64,000 bases of DNA from Candidatus Poribacteria bacterium (GTDB lineage Bacteria; Poribacteria; WGA-4E; WGA-3G). A model generated the notes under the pieces. It had not been told where the DNA came from and did not search any database. It was given only the letters and a program-made list of their open reading frames with translations. Both the position numbers and the translations under genes were made by a program. Positions 9,268 to 18,441 of the stretch are shown here, one piece after another (position 1 is the first letter of the stretch; each line of letters begins with the position of its first letter). The stretch lies in NCBI GenBank assembly GCA_965214095.1, contig OZ243938.1:288001-352000 (forward strand), given 5' to 3'.

Positions 9268-11034
9268 ATTCGTAGTCTACTTGGTCTGAAAAAATACGTC
9301 AAACGCTATCGTTATCAGATTCTGTTCAGCTTCATTCTTGTGCTGATAACGAATGGACTCTTGTTGATTAGTCCTAAGATATTGCAAGTCTTTATTGATG
9401 AGATGAACGAAGCGATGAATGACACCAACTTGTCAGTCATTGAAGGTCGTACTCTGTTTTTTGCAGTGCTTATATTCGGTGTTGCACTTGTTGGTGGTGT
9501 TTTGCGATTTGCACAACGACGTATCATACAGGGTGTGGCACGACAGACAGAATTCCATCTACGCGCAGACTTTTTCCTCCATCTCCAGAAACTCTCCGCA
9601 ACCTATTACGATAATGTGAGAACAGGTGATTTGATGACTCGGGCAACGAGCGATCTGAATGCTATCCGGATGGTTCTGAGCAGTGCGATTATGTATACTG
9701 CTGATGCAATCGTATTTTTTGGCTTAGCACTGTTCATCATGTTACGGATTGATCCAACGCTGACACTTATTGCTTTGATACCTTATCCTATTCTCGCAAT
9801 AATTATACGTTTACTTGGAAAGCATATTTACACACTATATGAAAAAATTCAAGAAGGTTTTTCAACGATGAATACCAAAGTACAAGAGAATTTGTCCGGT
9901 GTTCGTGTTGTTAAAGCATATACACTTGAAGCAAGTGAGATAGAACATTTCAATGAACTAAATCAAGATTTTGTCAATCGCAATCATAACCAAATTCGAT
10001 TTATGTCCTTCTTCTTTCCACTGTTCAATTTTTTGCCTGGTATCAGTGGTGTAGTGCTTTTATGGTTGGGTGGCATACACGTAATTGAAGGTGTAATCAG
10101 TCTGGGTGAATTTGTAGCATTCTTGGCATATCTAATGATGCTTAGACGACCAATAATCACACTCGGTTTTATAGTTAACACATTTGAACGTGGTGCAGCA
10201 TCTATGGATCGTATGAACGAAATCCTTAATGAAGAACCTGAAATCTATGATGATGACGATAATGTCAAATGGAATGTGAAAAGTATCAATGGAGAAATAA
10301 AAATAAAAGACCTAAATTTTGCTTATTCAGATGGAGTCGATGTGTTAAGAAACGTTAATTTGACGATAGAACAAGGTAAAACACTTGCTATTGTTGGCGG
10401 TACAGGTTCAGGAAAGTCAACACTTGTTAGTCTTATTCCGCGAATTCGTCAAGCTGAACGTGGCTCGATCTTTATTGATGGCATTGATATTCAAGATATA
10501 CCATTAAACGTTCTCCGATCAAATATTGGCTTCGTAGAACAGGAACCTTTTTTGTTTTCAGATTACTTACGGAATAATATCGCCTATGGTGTTGAAGACC
10601 CGAATGATGAAGATATCAGACAAGCAGCACACAATGCTGATCTACTGTCTCAAATTGAGGAATTTCCTGATGGTTTGCGGACGTTTCTCGGTGAACGCGG
10701 GATTACCATTTCAGGTGGACAACGCCAAAGAAGCGCGCTTGCTCGTGCTATTATCATAAAACCTAAGATATTAATTCTTGATGATGCATTTGCAAATGTA
10801 GATACACAAACTGAAGATACAATACTTGAAAGACTTGATGAAATTATGAAAGACAGGACGACCATTATTATTTCTCACCGAATATCCACGGTTAAAGCAG
10901 CAGATCATATCATCGTGTTGAACGATGGGAGTATTGTCGAATCGGGTACACATGACCAGTTGCTTGATCAGAATGGTATTTACGCGGGGATCTATGAAAC
11001 ACAACTCCTACAAGATGAACTTGAAGAACTTTAA
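9268..11034 (+). CDS. ABC exporter, fused permease/ATPase (heterodimer subunit A)
   Basis: TM domain, Walker A GGTGSGKS, signature ISGGQRQR, degenerate Walker B LDDAFA. The frame is open upstream of the track start (9340), with a likely ATT start at 9268 after GGAAAGGA. Confidence 0.92.
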   Translation: MRSLLGLKKYVKRYRYQILFSFILVLITNGLLLISPKILQVFIDEMNEAMNDTNLSVIEGRTLFFAVLIFGVALVGGVLRFAQRRIIQGVARQTEFHLRADFFLHLQKLSATYYDNVRTGDLMTRATSDLNAIRMVLSSAIMYTADAIVFFGLALFIMLRIDPTLTLIALIPYPILAIIIRLLGKHIYTLYEKIQEGFSTMNTKVQENLSGVRVVKAYTLEASEIEHFNELNQDFVNRNHNQIRFMSFFFPLFNFLPGISGVVLLWLGGIHVIEGVISLGEFVAFLAYLMMLRRPIITLGFIVNTFERGAASMDRMNEILNEEPEIYDDDDNVKWNVKSINGEIKIKDLNFAYSDGVDVLRNVNLTIEQGKTLAIVGGTGSGKSTLVSLIPRIRQAERGSIFIDGIDIQDIPLNVLRSNIGFVEQEPFLFSDYLRNNIAYGVEDPNDEDIRQAAHNADLLSQIEEFPDGLRTFLGERGITISGGQRQRSALARAIIIKPKILILDDAFANVDTQTEDTILERLDEIMKDRTTIIISHRISTVKAADHIIVLNDGSIVESGTHDQLLDQNGIYAGIYETQLLQDELEEL

Positions 11035-11048
11035 AGAGGGACACAGAT

Positions 11049-12860
11049 ATGTTTGGTATGGGTAGTAACCTATATGAATATAGCGATGAAGAGGATGATC
11101 TTGGTAAGGTTTATGACCGAGTATTGATGAAACGTCTCATCTCTTACCTCAAACCTTACAAGTTTCAGTTGATCATTATCGCCTTTCTTATGATAGGTAC
11201 GACCCTATCGCGTCTTGTTGGACCTATTCTCCTGCAGATAGGAATTGATGAGTATATTACCCCGGGTGAATTGGATGGTTTGGGTCTAATTGCTGGTTTG
11301 CTTATATTAAGCTTGTTTGGCGAGTTTGTATTTTCATATTTTGAAGAATATCGTATGCAGATGATCGGACAAAACGTGATGCACGATCTTAGGAAGAATC
11401 TCTTTTCACACTTACAACGTTTAGATGTGCAGTATTTTGACAAGAATCCAGTGGGAAGACTGATGACACGTGTGATGGGGGATGTGCAGGTTCTGAATGA
11501 ACTCTTTACTGCGGGGGTCATCACAGTCTTTGGTAATCTGTTGAGTATACTGGGTATAATGGTAGTCATGTTGCTTTATAGCTGGAAAGTTGCACTTGTA
11601 ACGTTCACAGTGATTCCGATTATCTTTTTTGCAACACTTGTCTACCAAATTTATTCGCGTCGAGCTTTTCGTGAACAGCGCAAACAACTTGCACGTATCA
11701 ATGCGTTTTTACAGGAAAATATTGTTGGCATGACAACGATGAAGTTGTTCGCACAAGAAATGCGAAGTTACCATCGGTTTAATGAACGGAATCGAAGATA
11801 TCTCGCAGCAAACCTAAAAAGTATCTTCTATTTTTCTATTTTCCATCCGTTGATTGAAGTGACGGCATCCCTTGCCATCGCAGTGATAATCTGGTATGGT
11901 GGTGGACAGCTTGTTCAGGAGACATTATCCTTTGGTGTGTTAGTTCTATTTATACGTTTGGCGGAACGTTTATTCTGGCCTATTCGTGAGCTGAGTGAAA
12001 AATATACTATCTTTCAAAATGCAATGGCATCATCAGAACGAATATTCCATTTGCTTGACACCGAACCTTCTATTGAATCCACTGTTGACAAAAGTGGTAT
12101 AGAGACATTGAAAGGTGAGATTGAATTTCGGAATGTATGGTTTGCTTACAATGATGAGGATTATGTTCTGAAAGATGTGTCGTTCAAGGTTGCACCGGGA
12201 GAAAAGGTTGCACTTGTGGGACATACTGGGGCAGGAAAAACATCTATCATCAATCTTCTCTGTAGATTCTATGATATCAACAAAGGAGAGATACTTATTG
12301 ATGGTGTGGACATTAGAAAAATGGATCTTGAGGAATTGCGTAAGGCAATCAGCATTGTACAACAAAATATCTTTCTTTTTTCCGATTCAATTGAACATAA
12401 TATTAGTCTCAGAAACGAATCTATCTCATCTCAACAGATTAAGCAATCATCTAAAGATGTACATTTAGACCGATTTGTCCAAAAAATGCCGGACAACTAT
12501 GATACAGAACTTAAAGAGGATGGTGTAGGTTTATCAGTTGGACAAAAGCAGTTAGTTGCTTTTGCACGTGCATTGGCATCTGATCCGAGTGTCCTCATCC
12601 TTGACGAAGCGACCTCAAGTGTTGATACGGAAACTGAAATCTTGATTGAAGATGCACTCGGTCGGTTGATGAAAGATAGGACTTCTGTGGTAATTGCACA
12701 TCGTCTTTCTACGATCCAAAATGCGGATAAAATAATTGTGTTGCATCGAGGTGAAATACGAGAATCTGGATCACACAACGAGTTGTTGCAGAAGAATGGC
12801 ATCTATTATCGTTTATATCAACTGCAATATAAGGGGCAGGAAGGAAAAAAGAAACTGTGA
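11049..12860 (+). CDS. ABC exporter, fused permease/ATPase (heterodimer subunit B)
   Basis: GHTGAGKT, LSVGQKQL, LDEATSSVD, AHRLST. Pairs with the upstream gene as in TM287/288-type exporters. Confidence 0.93.
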   Translation: MFGMGSNLYEYSDEEDDLGKVYDRVLMKRLISYLKPYKFQLIIIAFLMIGTTLSRLVGPILLQIGIDEYITPGELDGLGLIAGLLILSLFGEFVFSYFEEYRMQMIGQNVMHDLRKNLFSHLQRLDVQYFDKNPVGRLMTRVMGDVQVLNELFTAGVITVFGNLLSILGIMVVMLLYSWKVALVTFTVIPIIFFATLVYQIYSRRAFREQRKQLARINAFLQENIVGMTTMKLFAQEMRSYHRFNERNRRYLAANLKSIFYFSIFHPLIEVTASLAIAVIIWYGGGQLVQETLSFGVLVLFIRLAERLFWPIRELSEKYTIFQNAMASSERIFHLLDTEPSIESTVDKSGIETLKGEIEFRNVWFAYNDEDYVLKDVSFKVAPGEKVALVGHTGAGKTSIINLLCRFYDINKGEILIDGVDIRKMDLEELRKAISIVQQNIFLFSDSIEHNISLRNESISSQQIKQSSKDVHLDRFVQKMPDNYDTELKEDGVGLSVGQKQLVAFARALASDPSVLILDEATSSVDTETEILIEDALGRLMKDRTSVVIAHRLSTIQNADKIIVLHRGEIRESGSHNELLQKNGIYYRLYQLQYKGQEGKKKL

Positions 12861-12907
12861 AACCAAGAGAAATGGTATAATATTCCAAAGAATTTATACA
12901 TTAACAG

Positions 12908-14131
12908 ATGAAATTGAAACACTTTTTACATACACTTCCAGAAAACATCAAAGACCTCTGTCAGACTGTCTTTCGTCAGTTCAAACGACATAAGTGTCTT
13001 CATCAAGCTTCATCGCTTACATTTACGACATTGCTTAGTCTTGTTCCGCTATCGGCTGTAGCACTTTTTCTATTAAACACCTTTGGTGTAGTAAATAACG
13101 AGAATTCACCATTAATTGCATCATTAAACAATTTTCTCCCCCGGTATGGAGCAGACGAAATTGTCTCAGGGATTACTGACTTTGCCAACAGGAATCTTGC
13201 TGGACTTGGCGTAGGGGGTTTTCTGTTTTTTCTATTAACTTCTACAATGCTATTTATGGCTATTGAAGATCATTTTAATCATATTTGGGGAAGTCGTCGT
13301 TTACCTTTTGTCCGTTCAATTCAGAAATATTTAGTATTCTGTATGCTATTATTGATAGGACCTCTCGTAATCTGGCTTCTTTTTTCTGCTGGAGCCAATG
13401 GTGTCTTTGCAAACATATTTCCATGGATTTCAGTCTACTGTTTGTTTGTACTTATGTATGTCGCATTGCCGAATACAACTGTATATTGGAAAGCTGCTTT
13501 AATTGGTGGATTGGTGGCTGGCAGCCTATTCCAAGTAGCACGTATCGTCTTCGCGAATTATTTTAGAATTGTATGGAGCAATTATAGTGAAATTTACGGA
13601 ACATTTGCATTGCTACTAATATTTGGTATATGGATTTATGCATCCTGGATTGTTGTGCTGTTAGGTGTTGAAGTGACAAACGCAATTCAGCAATTCTTGA
13701 AGTCTAGGGAACCATTCATAAAGATGAGCAATGACAGTAAAGAGTTAATCAATGTTCCAGGTATTATAACGTTATATCTGATTACCGCGGAACATTATTA
13801 TAATGGCAAAGGAGCTTGTTCGACTTCAGAAATAGCTGCAACAGCAAAAGTAACTGAAACTCTTGTACAAAACATCTATGATAGATTCAAAGCTGCAAAT
13901 CTTGTGTATGAAGTAGAAGGAGATACAAAAGGGTTTCTGCCAGCACGCGCATTAGACACTATAACTCTTGATGCTCTGATTGCATGTGTTGATGAAGATC
14001 TGACACAGCATTTTTCTGACGTAATTGATTCCTCACCGGAATTGGTTCAAATGTTTCAAGATATTCAGAACAATCAAGTTGAAACTTTGAAAAATACAAC
14101 TGTCGGTTCTCTATTATCTGATATCGACTAA
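12908..14131 (+). CDS. YihY/virulence factor BrkB family membrane protein with a C-terminal Rrf2-like HTH
   Basis: ASSLTFTTLLSLVP, YSEIYGTFA, WIYASWIVVLLG; C-terminal GFLPARALDTITL. Confidence 0.88.
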   Translation: MKLKHFLHTLPENIKDLCQTVFRQFKRHKCLHQASSLTFTTLLSLVPLSAVALFLLNTFGVVNNENSPLIASLNNFLPRYGADEIVSGITDFANRNLAGLGVGGFLFFLLTSTMLFMAIEDHFNHIWGSRRLPFVRSIQKYLVFCMLLLIGPLVIWLLFSAGANGVFANIFPWISVYCLFVLMYVALPNTTVYWKAALIGGLVAGSLFQVARIVFANYFRIVWSNYSEIYGTFALLLIFGIWIYASWIVVLLGVEVTNAIQQFLKSREPFIKMSNDSKELINVPGIITLYLITAEHYYNGKGACSTSEIAATAKVTETLVQNIYDRFKAANLVYEVEGDTKGFLPARALDTITLDALIACVDEDLTQHFSDVIDSSPELVQMFQDIQNNQVETLKNTTVGSLLSDID

Positions 14132-14151
14132 ATTCGTGTTAGCCAATGGCA

Positions 14152-16071
14152 TCAATGCCAGACTATATAAGTTGGCATTTTCATCACCAACCCAATGAGA
14201 CTCCAAACGCACCCAAGCGTATAATCACCTAAAATCAACCCCAAAAAGAATGGGACTGCTTGCCGATATAGTTTAACCCCGCCTATCTTCAAGACCGTTG
14301 CTTTTGCTAACCAACTAAGAAAGATTGGAAACCACAATCGTCCCATCCCTGTGCCACTGACTAACACATAACCACCGGGATGAAGAGGCCACCACAAGAA
14401 CTTAATCTTCATCACCATTAGGAAAATCGTAAATATGAAGCTGCTACCGATAACACTAAGTTCGGGTACTGCTGTCTCACGTGGACTGACAAGCCAAGTC
14501 TGTAACCGATTGAATGTCTCCCAACCCATATAAACGATCCATCCGCGTGCCTTGCTTCCTGCTCCCATATCGTATAATACATGGAGATATGCCCAGAACG
14601 TTATCAAAATGCCGAAGACAATCGCAAGTATCATGCCGATGAGTAGTTGACGGTATCCGATTTGACTGCGTTCAGCCAGTCGAAATGCTTCTAATTCACT
14701 TGGTGTTGGATGTGCGCGAAAACATCGCACAAAAGGATACAGAAATGTTAATCCGGTTAGATTTCCCAAACCTAAACGACGTGTTCCTAACCCCAAAACC
14801 ATCGTCCTTGCCGGATCTACAAGGATAAGTTGATGCAGTGGTGGACCAATTTCAGCACGGATTCGAGTAATACCCAATATCATTGGGAAGTATAGTATGA
14901 AAAACAGCCCAATTGCCCAGAGTGCCATCCCCATTTGAAAACAGAAGAAGAACAGAAACAGTATCCCAACGCCAAAGAGTATTGCTGCAGTTCTGTAACG
15001 CATCGGTTCTCCAGAATCATCTGGTGGGGATAGTCCTTGACGTTGGGTTATACCAAATATCTTACGAATAATTCGTCCATAATGTCGTCTACCCATCCAT
15101 AGAGGGATACATCCAAATGCAATCCATGCACCTGTTTGCTGTTCCAAATTATAGATGTTTCGCGCACCGAACATATCCGTTACTATTAGTTGGATACGGG
15201 TGAGAACCCAAAAGAACCAACAAGAAAACGAAAGATCGAGTGGGGTAAAGAACATCAAACCTATGCTGAATGGATAGAATGAAATGTTAATAGGTCCCAT
15301 TGCACTCCACGGTTTTGATGTGAATTGCCCGAGGTGTTTGTTCCTTATTGGAAGAGAGGGTATTTCTGGAAAGAGAAAACTCAATCCGTTCAATAATTCC
15401 ACACTGCCTGCAATTGCGAATCCCAACCACATCCAAGGTGACTTAAAGAATCTTTTTGGGTTGCTGGTTAGTGCCAATGGGAGCTGTACAATGGGATAGT
15501 TCAAACGTTCATTTTCTGTCCACTGCTTTCGAAGAAAGATGGTTACTGCTAACAGTGTCAACCATAATGCTATAACAAAGCTTGACCACGCGAGTACTGG
15601 CGTTATCCAAGCATTAAAGACCGCGGGGTTATATAGGGAAGAATCTCCATTGTAGAATCCATCCAGGACTTTTGGACTTTTAACTGCAATCCAATCAGGT
15701 ATGTTATTTCCAAAAAGGGATAACCATTCATTTTCAGGTGTCGCAAACTGAAAAGTGTGGGCAAGGACAGGAATGAGATATCCCATCATCGTATGTCCAC
15801 TAAGCGTTGTCACCATCACCACCATTACATATATCGTTTGTAAATCAGCTTGTGACATTGCGAGACGTGGTAAGAAACGTTGAAATAACAAGTTTAGAAG
15901 GACAAAAACAAGGAGGGTGAAAACAGCATTGAAGAACAGTGATGCGATAGTCAACTGTGTGGAATGCCACACCTCTGTTCCCATCAGACACCAGTAACTA
16001 TTGAAGGCGACAAGGATTAAACCAATTAGTAAGATATGTGGCTTAACACGGTTCTGCTTTCCATTAGTCAT
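14152..16071 (-). CDS. Multi-pass membrane protein (DUF6785/DUF6784-like, putative peptide transporter)
   Basis: Many TM segments; RKQWTENERLNYPIVQLP, TRIRAEIG, WWPLHPGGY and PFFLGLILGD motifs. Confidence 0.65.
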   Translation of the reverse strand: MTNGKQNRVKPHILLIGLILVAFNSYWCLMGTEVWHSTQLTIASLFFNAVFTLLVFVLLNLLFQRFLPRLAMSQADLQTIYVMVVMVTTLSGHTMMGYLIPVLAHTFQFATPENEWLSLFGNNIPDWIAVKSPKVLDGFYNGDSSLYNPAVFNAWITPVLAWSSFVIALWLTLLAVTIFLRKQWTENERLNYPIVQLPLALTSNPKRFFKSPWMWLGFAIAGSVELLNGLSFLFPEIPSLPIRNKHLGQFTSKPWSAMGPINISFYPFSIGLMFFTPLDLSFSCWFFWVLTRIQLIVTDMFGARNIYNLEQQTGAWIAFGCIPLWMGRRHYGRIIRKIFGITQRQGLSPPDDSGEPMRYRTAAILFGVGILFLFFFCFQMGMALWAIGLFFILYFPMILGITRIRAEIGPPLHQLILVDPARTMVLGLGTRRLGLGNLTGLTFLYPFVRCFRAHPTPSELEAFRLAERSQIGYRQLLIGMILAIVFGILITFWAYLHVLYDMGAGSKARGWIVYMGWETFNRLQTWLVSPRETAVPELSVIGSSFIFTIFLMVMKIKFLWWPLHPGGYVLVSGTGMGRLWFPIFLSWLAKATVLKIGGVKLYRQAVPFFLGLILGDYTLGCVWSLIGLVMKMPTYIVWH

Positions 16072-16801
16072 TAGCACCTCTACGGATGTGTTGTAATGCT
16101 TCAGACAGAATTGTGTCGTTTTGATATTGGTTTAGGACAGATTGCATTTCAGACTTTGATGGTGTTTTCTTAATTTCTCCACATAGCAGTGGTAATGCTC
16201 GGATTACATTATCTACTATTGTTATACTTGCCATCTGTGCAGTTCTTGACATTGGGTTCAGGTCGATTGTTACTACATCTTTTCCCATTTTTCGTAGTGC
16301 TTCGCATCGATCCCCGTCTTCAAGTGGCACGAAGACAACATCTGCGACGAATATACCATCAGGATGCACATATTTTCGATTGGAGTCGATATATGAGAGT
16401 TGTGCTTCAGTGGTAGGCATAAGCACTTGTTCTGCACCATGTTTTAGTAGATGTTGCCTGATTTTCTCCTCGCGACCAGATTCAGTATGAAATATGTTGA
16501 CCTCTAATGGTGTATTCAGAAGGTTTGATAATTCAACAAGATCATCAGGAACTAATGCAGCAACATTCCCATTTACGGAGATCATTGGGTGTCTTGCAAA
16601 TGATAACATCGCGGCTGCAGCGCGTATAGCGTTTATTGCAAAAGGTTGCGTTTGTTCAGATAATAGATAGTCATAAGCCTCTCCGCGTCCGTGAGCAATA
16701 AGACCATGGATAGAGGTAATTCCTAATTCTACACCTTCTACTATTTTATCTCGTAATGCAAGAGAAATATATCGTGGATGGGATTTTGGCACATCGCTCA
16801 T
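16064..16801 (-). CDS. Archaeal-type phosphopantothenate synthetase (4-phosphopantoate--beta-alanine ligase)
   Basis: PKSHPRYISL, GLIAHGRGEAYDYLL, ISVNGN, VPLEDGDR, IDLNPMSRT, IVDNVIRA match the PPS/DUF137 family. Confidence 0.9.
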   Translation of the reverse strand: MSDVPKSHPRYISLALRDKIVEGVELGITSIHGLIAHGRGEAYDYLLSEQTQPFAINAIRAAAAMLSFARHPMISVNGNVAALVPDDLVELSNLLNTPLEVNIFHTESGREEKIRQHLLKHGAEQVLMPTTEAQLSYIDSNRKYVHPDGIFVADVVFVPLEDGDRCEALRKMGKDVVTIDLNPMSRTAQMASITIVDNVIRALPLLCGEIKKTPSKSEMQSVLNQYQNDTILSEALQHIRRGAND

Positions 16802-16902
16802 AGTATAATACCAATGCTATTCTTTGAGTTCATTATACAGAAGAATAGAATTGTATTCAAGATGCATTTTGAGAAAAGAACCCCGTATATCAGATATCAA
16901 AT

Positions 16903-16932
16903 TTGACTAAATTTCAGTTCATGTGGTATATT
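16903..16932 (+). promoter_or_regulatory. sigma70-type promoter
   Basis: TTGACT-N18-TATATT with TG extension, about 35 nt before the ATG at 16967. Confidence 0.5.
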
Positions 16933-16966
16933 AGACAAATCAGATAACTATAATAGAGGAAAAATA

Positions 16967-18421
16967 ATGTATACACCGCAATATCCCGGCCCCAACGAAG
17001 AACTACTTGAAGCACAAGCAAGGGTTTGCACAGGACCACACCAAACCCGTCCGTTAGGGAAAAAGGTAAATGACGGACCACAACCTGATACAATTCTTGA
17101 AACGATATTAGAATCGTTAAATGGAAATTTGCAGGAAAAAGATGCAGTTTCAGAAGCACAAATGGGTGCATTTTTCGTGGCGATGACAATACGCAAATAT
17201 TTTCCTGAAGCAACGCAATGGTCTCCTGCTGAGAAAGCAGCATTTCAGAAATATCAACTAACATTGTTACCAATTCTTCCCAAAGAGATTCAATTTCTAA
17301 TTAATCCTGATAATGGATATATCCCAAGGAATCAGAACGAAGCCATAGTTGTAACTGCATTGGAGAAAATATTAAGAGCCAAACACCTAAGTTATGCCGA
17401 AACTCGTCAGATGTGTGAGGCAATTCTTTCTGATAATGTGAAACCTGCACTCAAAGCTGCTGCACTTATTGGTCAACGCATGAATAGAGAAACTTATGAA
17501 GAAGTCCATGGATATCTTGATGCATTCTATGCCCCAGAAAATGTCTGTCCGATTGATGTAGAGAACCTTACACACTTTGGACAACCGTATGACGGAGCAA
17601 CCCGCTATTTTCGTCCAACACTATTTGTAGCAGCAGTACGTGCGGCGTTAGGGGAACCTTCTCTCTTACATAGTGTGGACTTAATGCCACCAAAGAATGG
17701 AATTACTGAGGAGACGTTATTGAAAGCACTTGGAGCAAAAACGGATTTATCATTAGAACAGACTGCATCGTTGATTACAGACAAATCAATAGGATTCGGT
17801 TATGTCAGTCAACGTGAATATTCACCAGGTGCTTATAGTTTGCGGGAGTTACGCGTGCATATAATGAAACGTCCACCGTGGGCTGCAACTGAAAAGGCAC
17901 AACAATTCTTTTCAGCACGTCAGAAGAATTATATGGTTCTTGGATATTATCATATCGGTTATGAAAAACCGTTGCTACAAATGGCAGCAGAAAGGGGATT
18001 TCATGCCGCAGTAGCAATAAAAGGTGAAGAAGGCACCAGTCATTACGCACTGAGGCTTGGAAAACCTTCTACACCAGAGAGGATGGCAGTCAACTATTCA
18101 CAAGGATTTCGACACATGAATCGTGAACGTGAAGACTTTGCTTTGGACATTGATCCAAAAGCTTATGGATTTGAATATACTTTAAATCCAAGACCGCAGG
18201 AGGTCTCTGCGAAAGCTTATGCAAACGCGGGTATAGCAGCATTGTCTGGTGAAAAGGGACAAATCTACGATAGAATCCTTCTCAACACCGCAATGATAGA
18301 TTACCTATTAGGTATCTGTCATGATCCACATGAAGCACTCAAACGGACAAAAGCAGTTATGGATGATGGAACTGCATTGAAGCATTTAAAGGCATACATT
18401 GAAATAAGCATGGATGTATAG
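16967..18421 (+). CDS. Anthranilate phosphoribosyltransferase-like (TrpD/YbiB, glycosyl transferase family 3) protein
   Basis: AQMGAFF, LIGQRMNRET, PYDGATR, PPKNGIT, KRPPWATTEK-like segment, IKGEEGT. Lacks the GTGGD PRPP motif of true TrpD. Confidence 0.75.
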   Translation: MYTPQYPGPNEELLEAQARVCTGPHQTRPLGKKVNDGPQPDTILETILESLNGNLQEKDAVSEAQMGAFFVAMTIRKYFPEATQWSPAEKAAFQKYQLTLLPILPKEIQFLINPDNGYIPRNQNEAIVVTALEKILRAKHLSYAETRQMCEAILSDNVKPALKAAALIGQRMNRETYEEVHGYLDAFYAPENVCPIDVENLTHFGQPYDGATRYFRPTLFVAAVRAALGEPSLLHSVDLMPPKNGITEETLLKALGAKTDLSLEQTASLITDKSIGFGYVSQREYSPGAYSLRELRVHIMKRPPWAATEKAQQFFSARQKNYMVLGYYHIGYEKPLLQMAAERGFHAAVAIKGEEGTSHYALRLGKPSTPERMAVNYSQGFRHMNREREDFALDIDPKAYGFEYTLNPRPQEVSAKAYANAGIAALSGEKGQIYDRILLNTAMIDYLLGICHDPHEALKRTKAVMDDGTALKHLKAYIEISMDV

Positions 18422-18441
18422 AACATCCATGCTATTAAACT

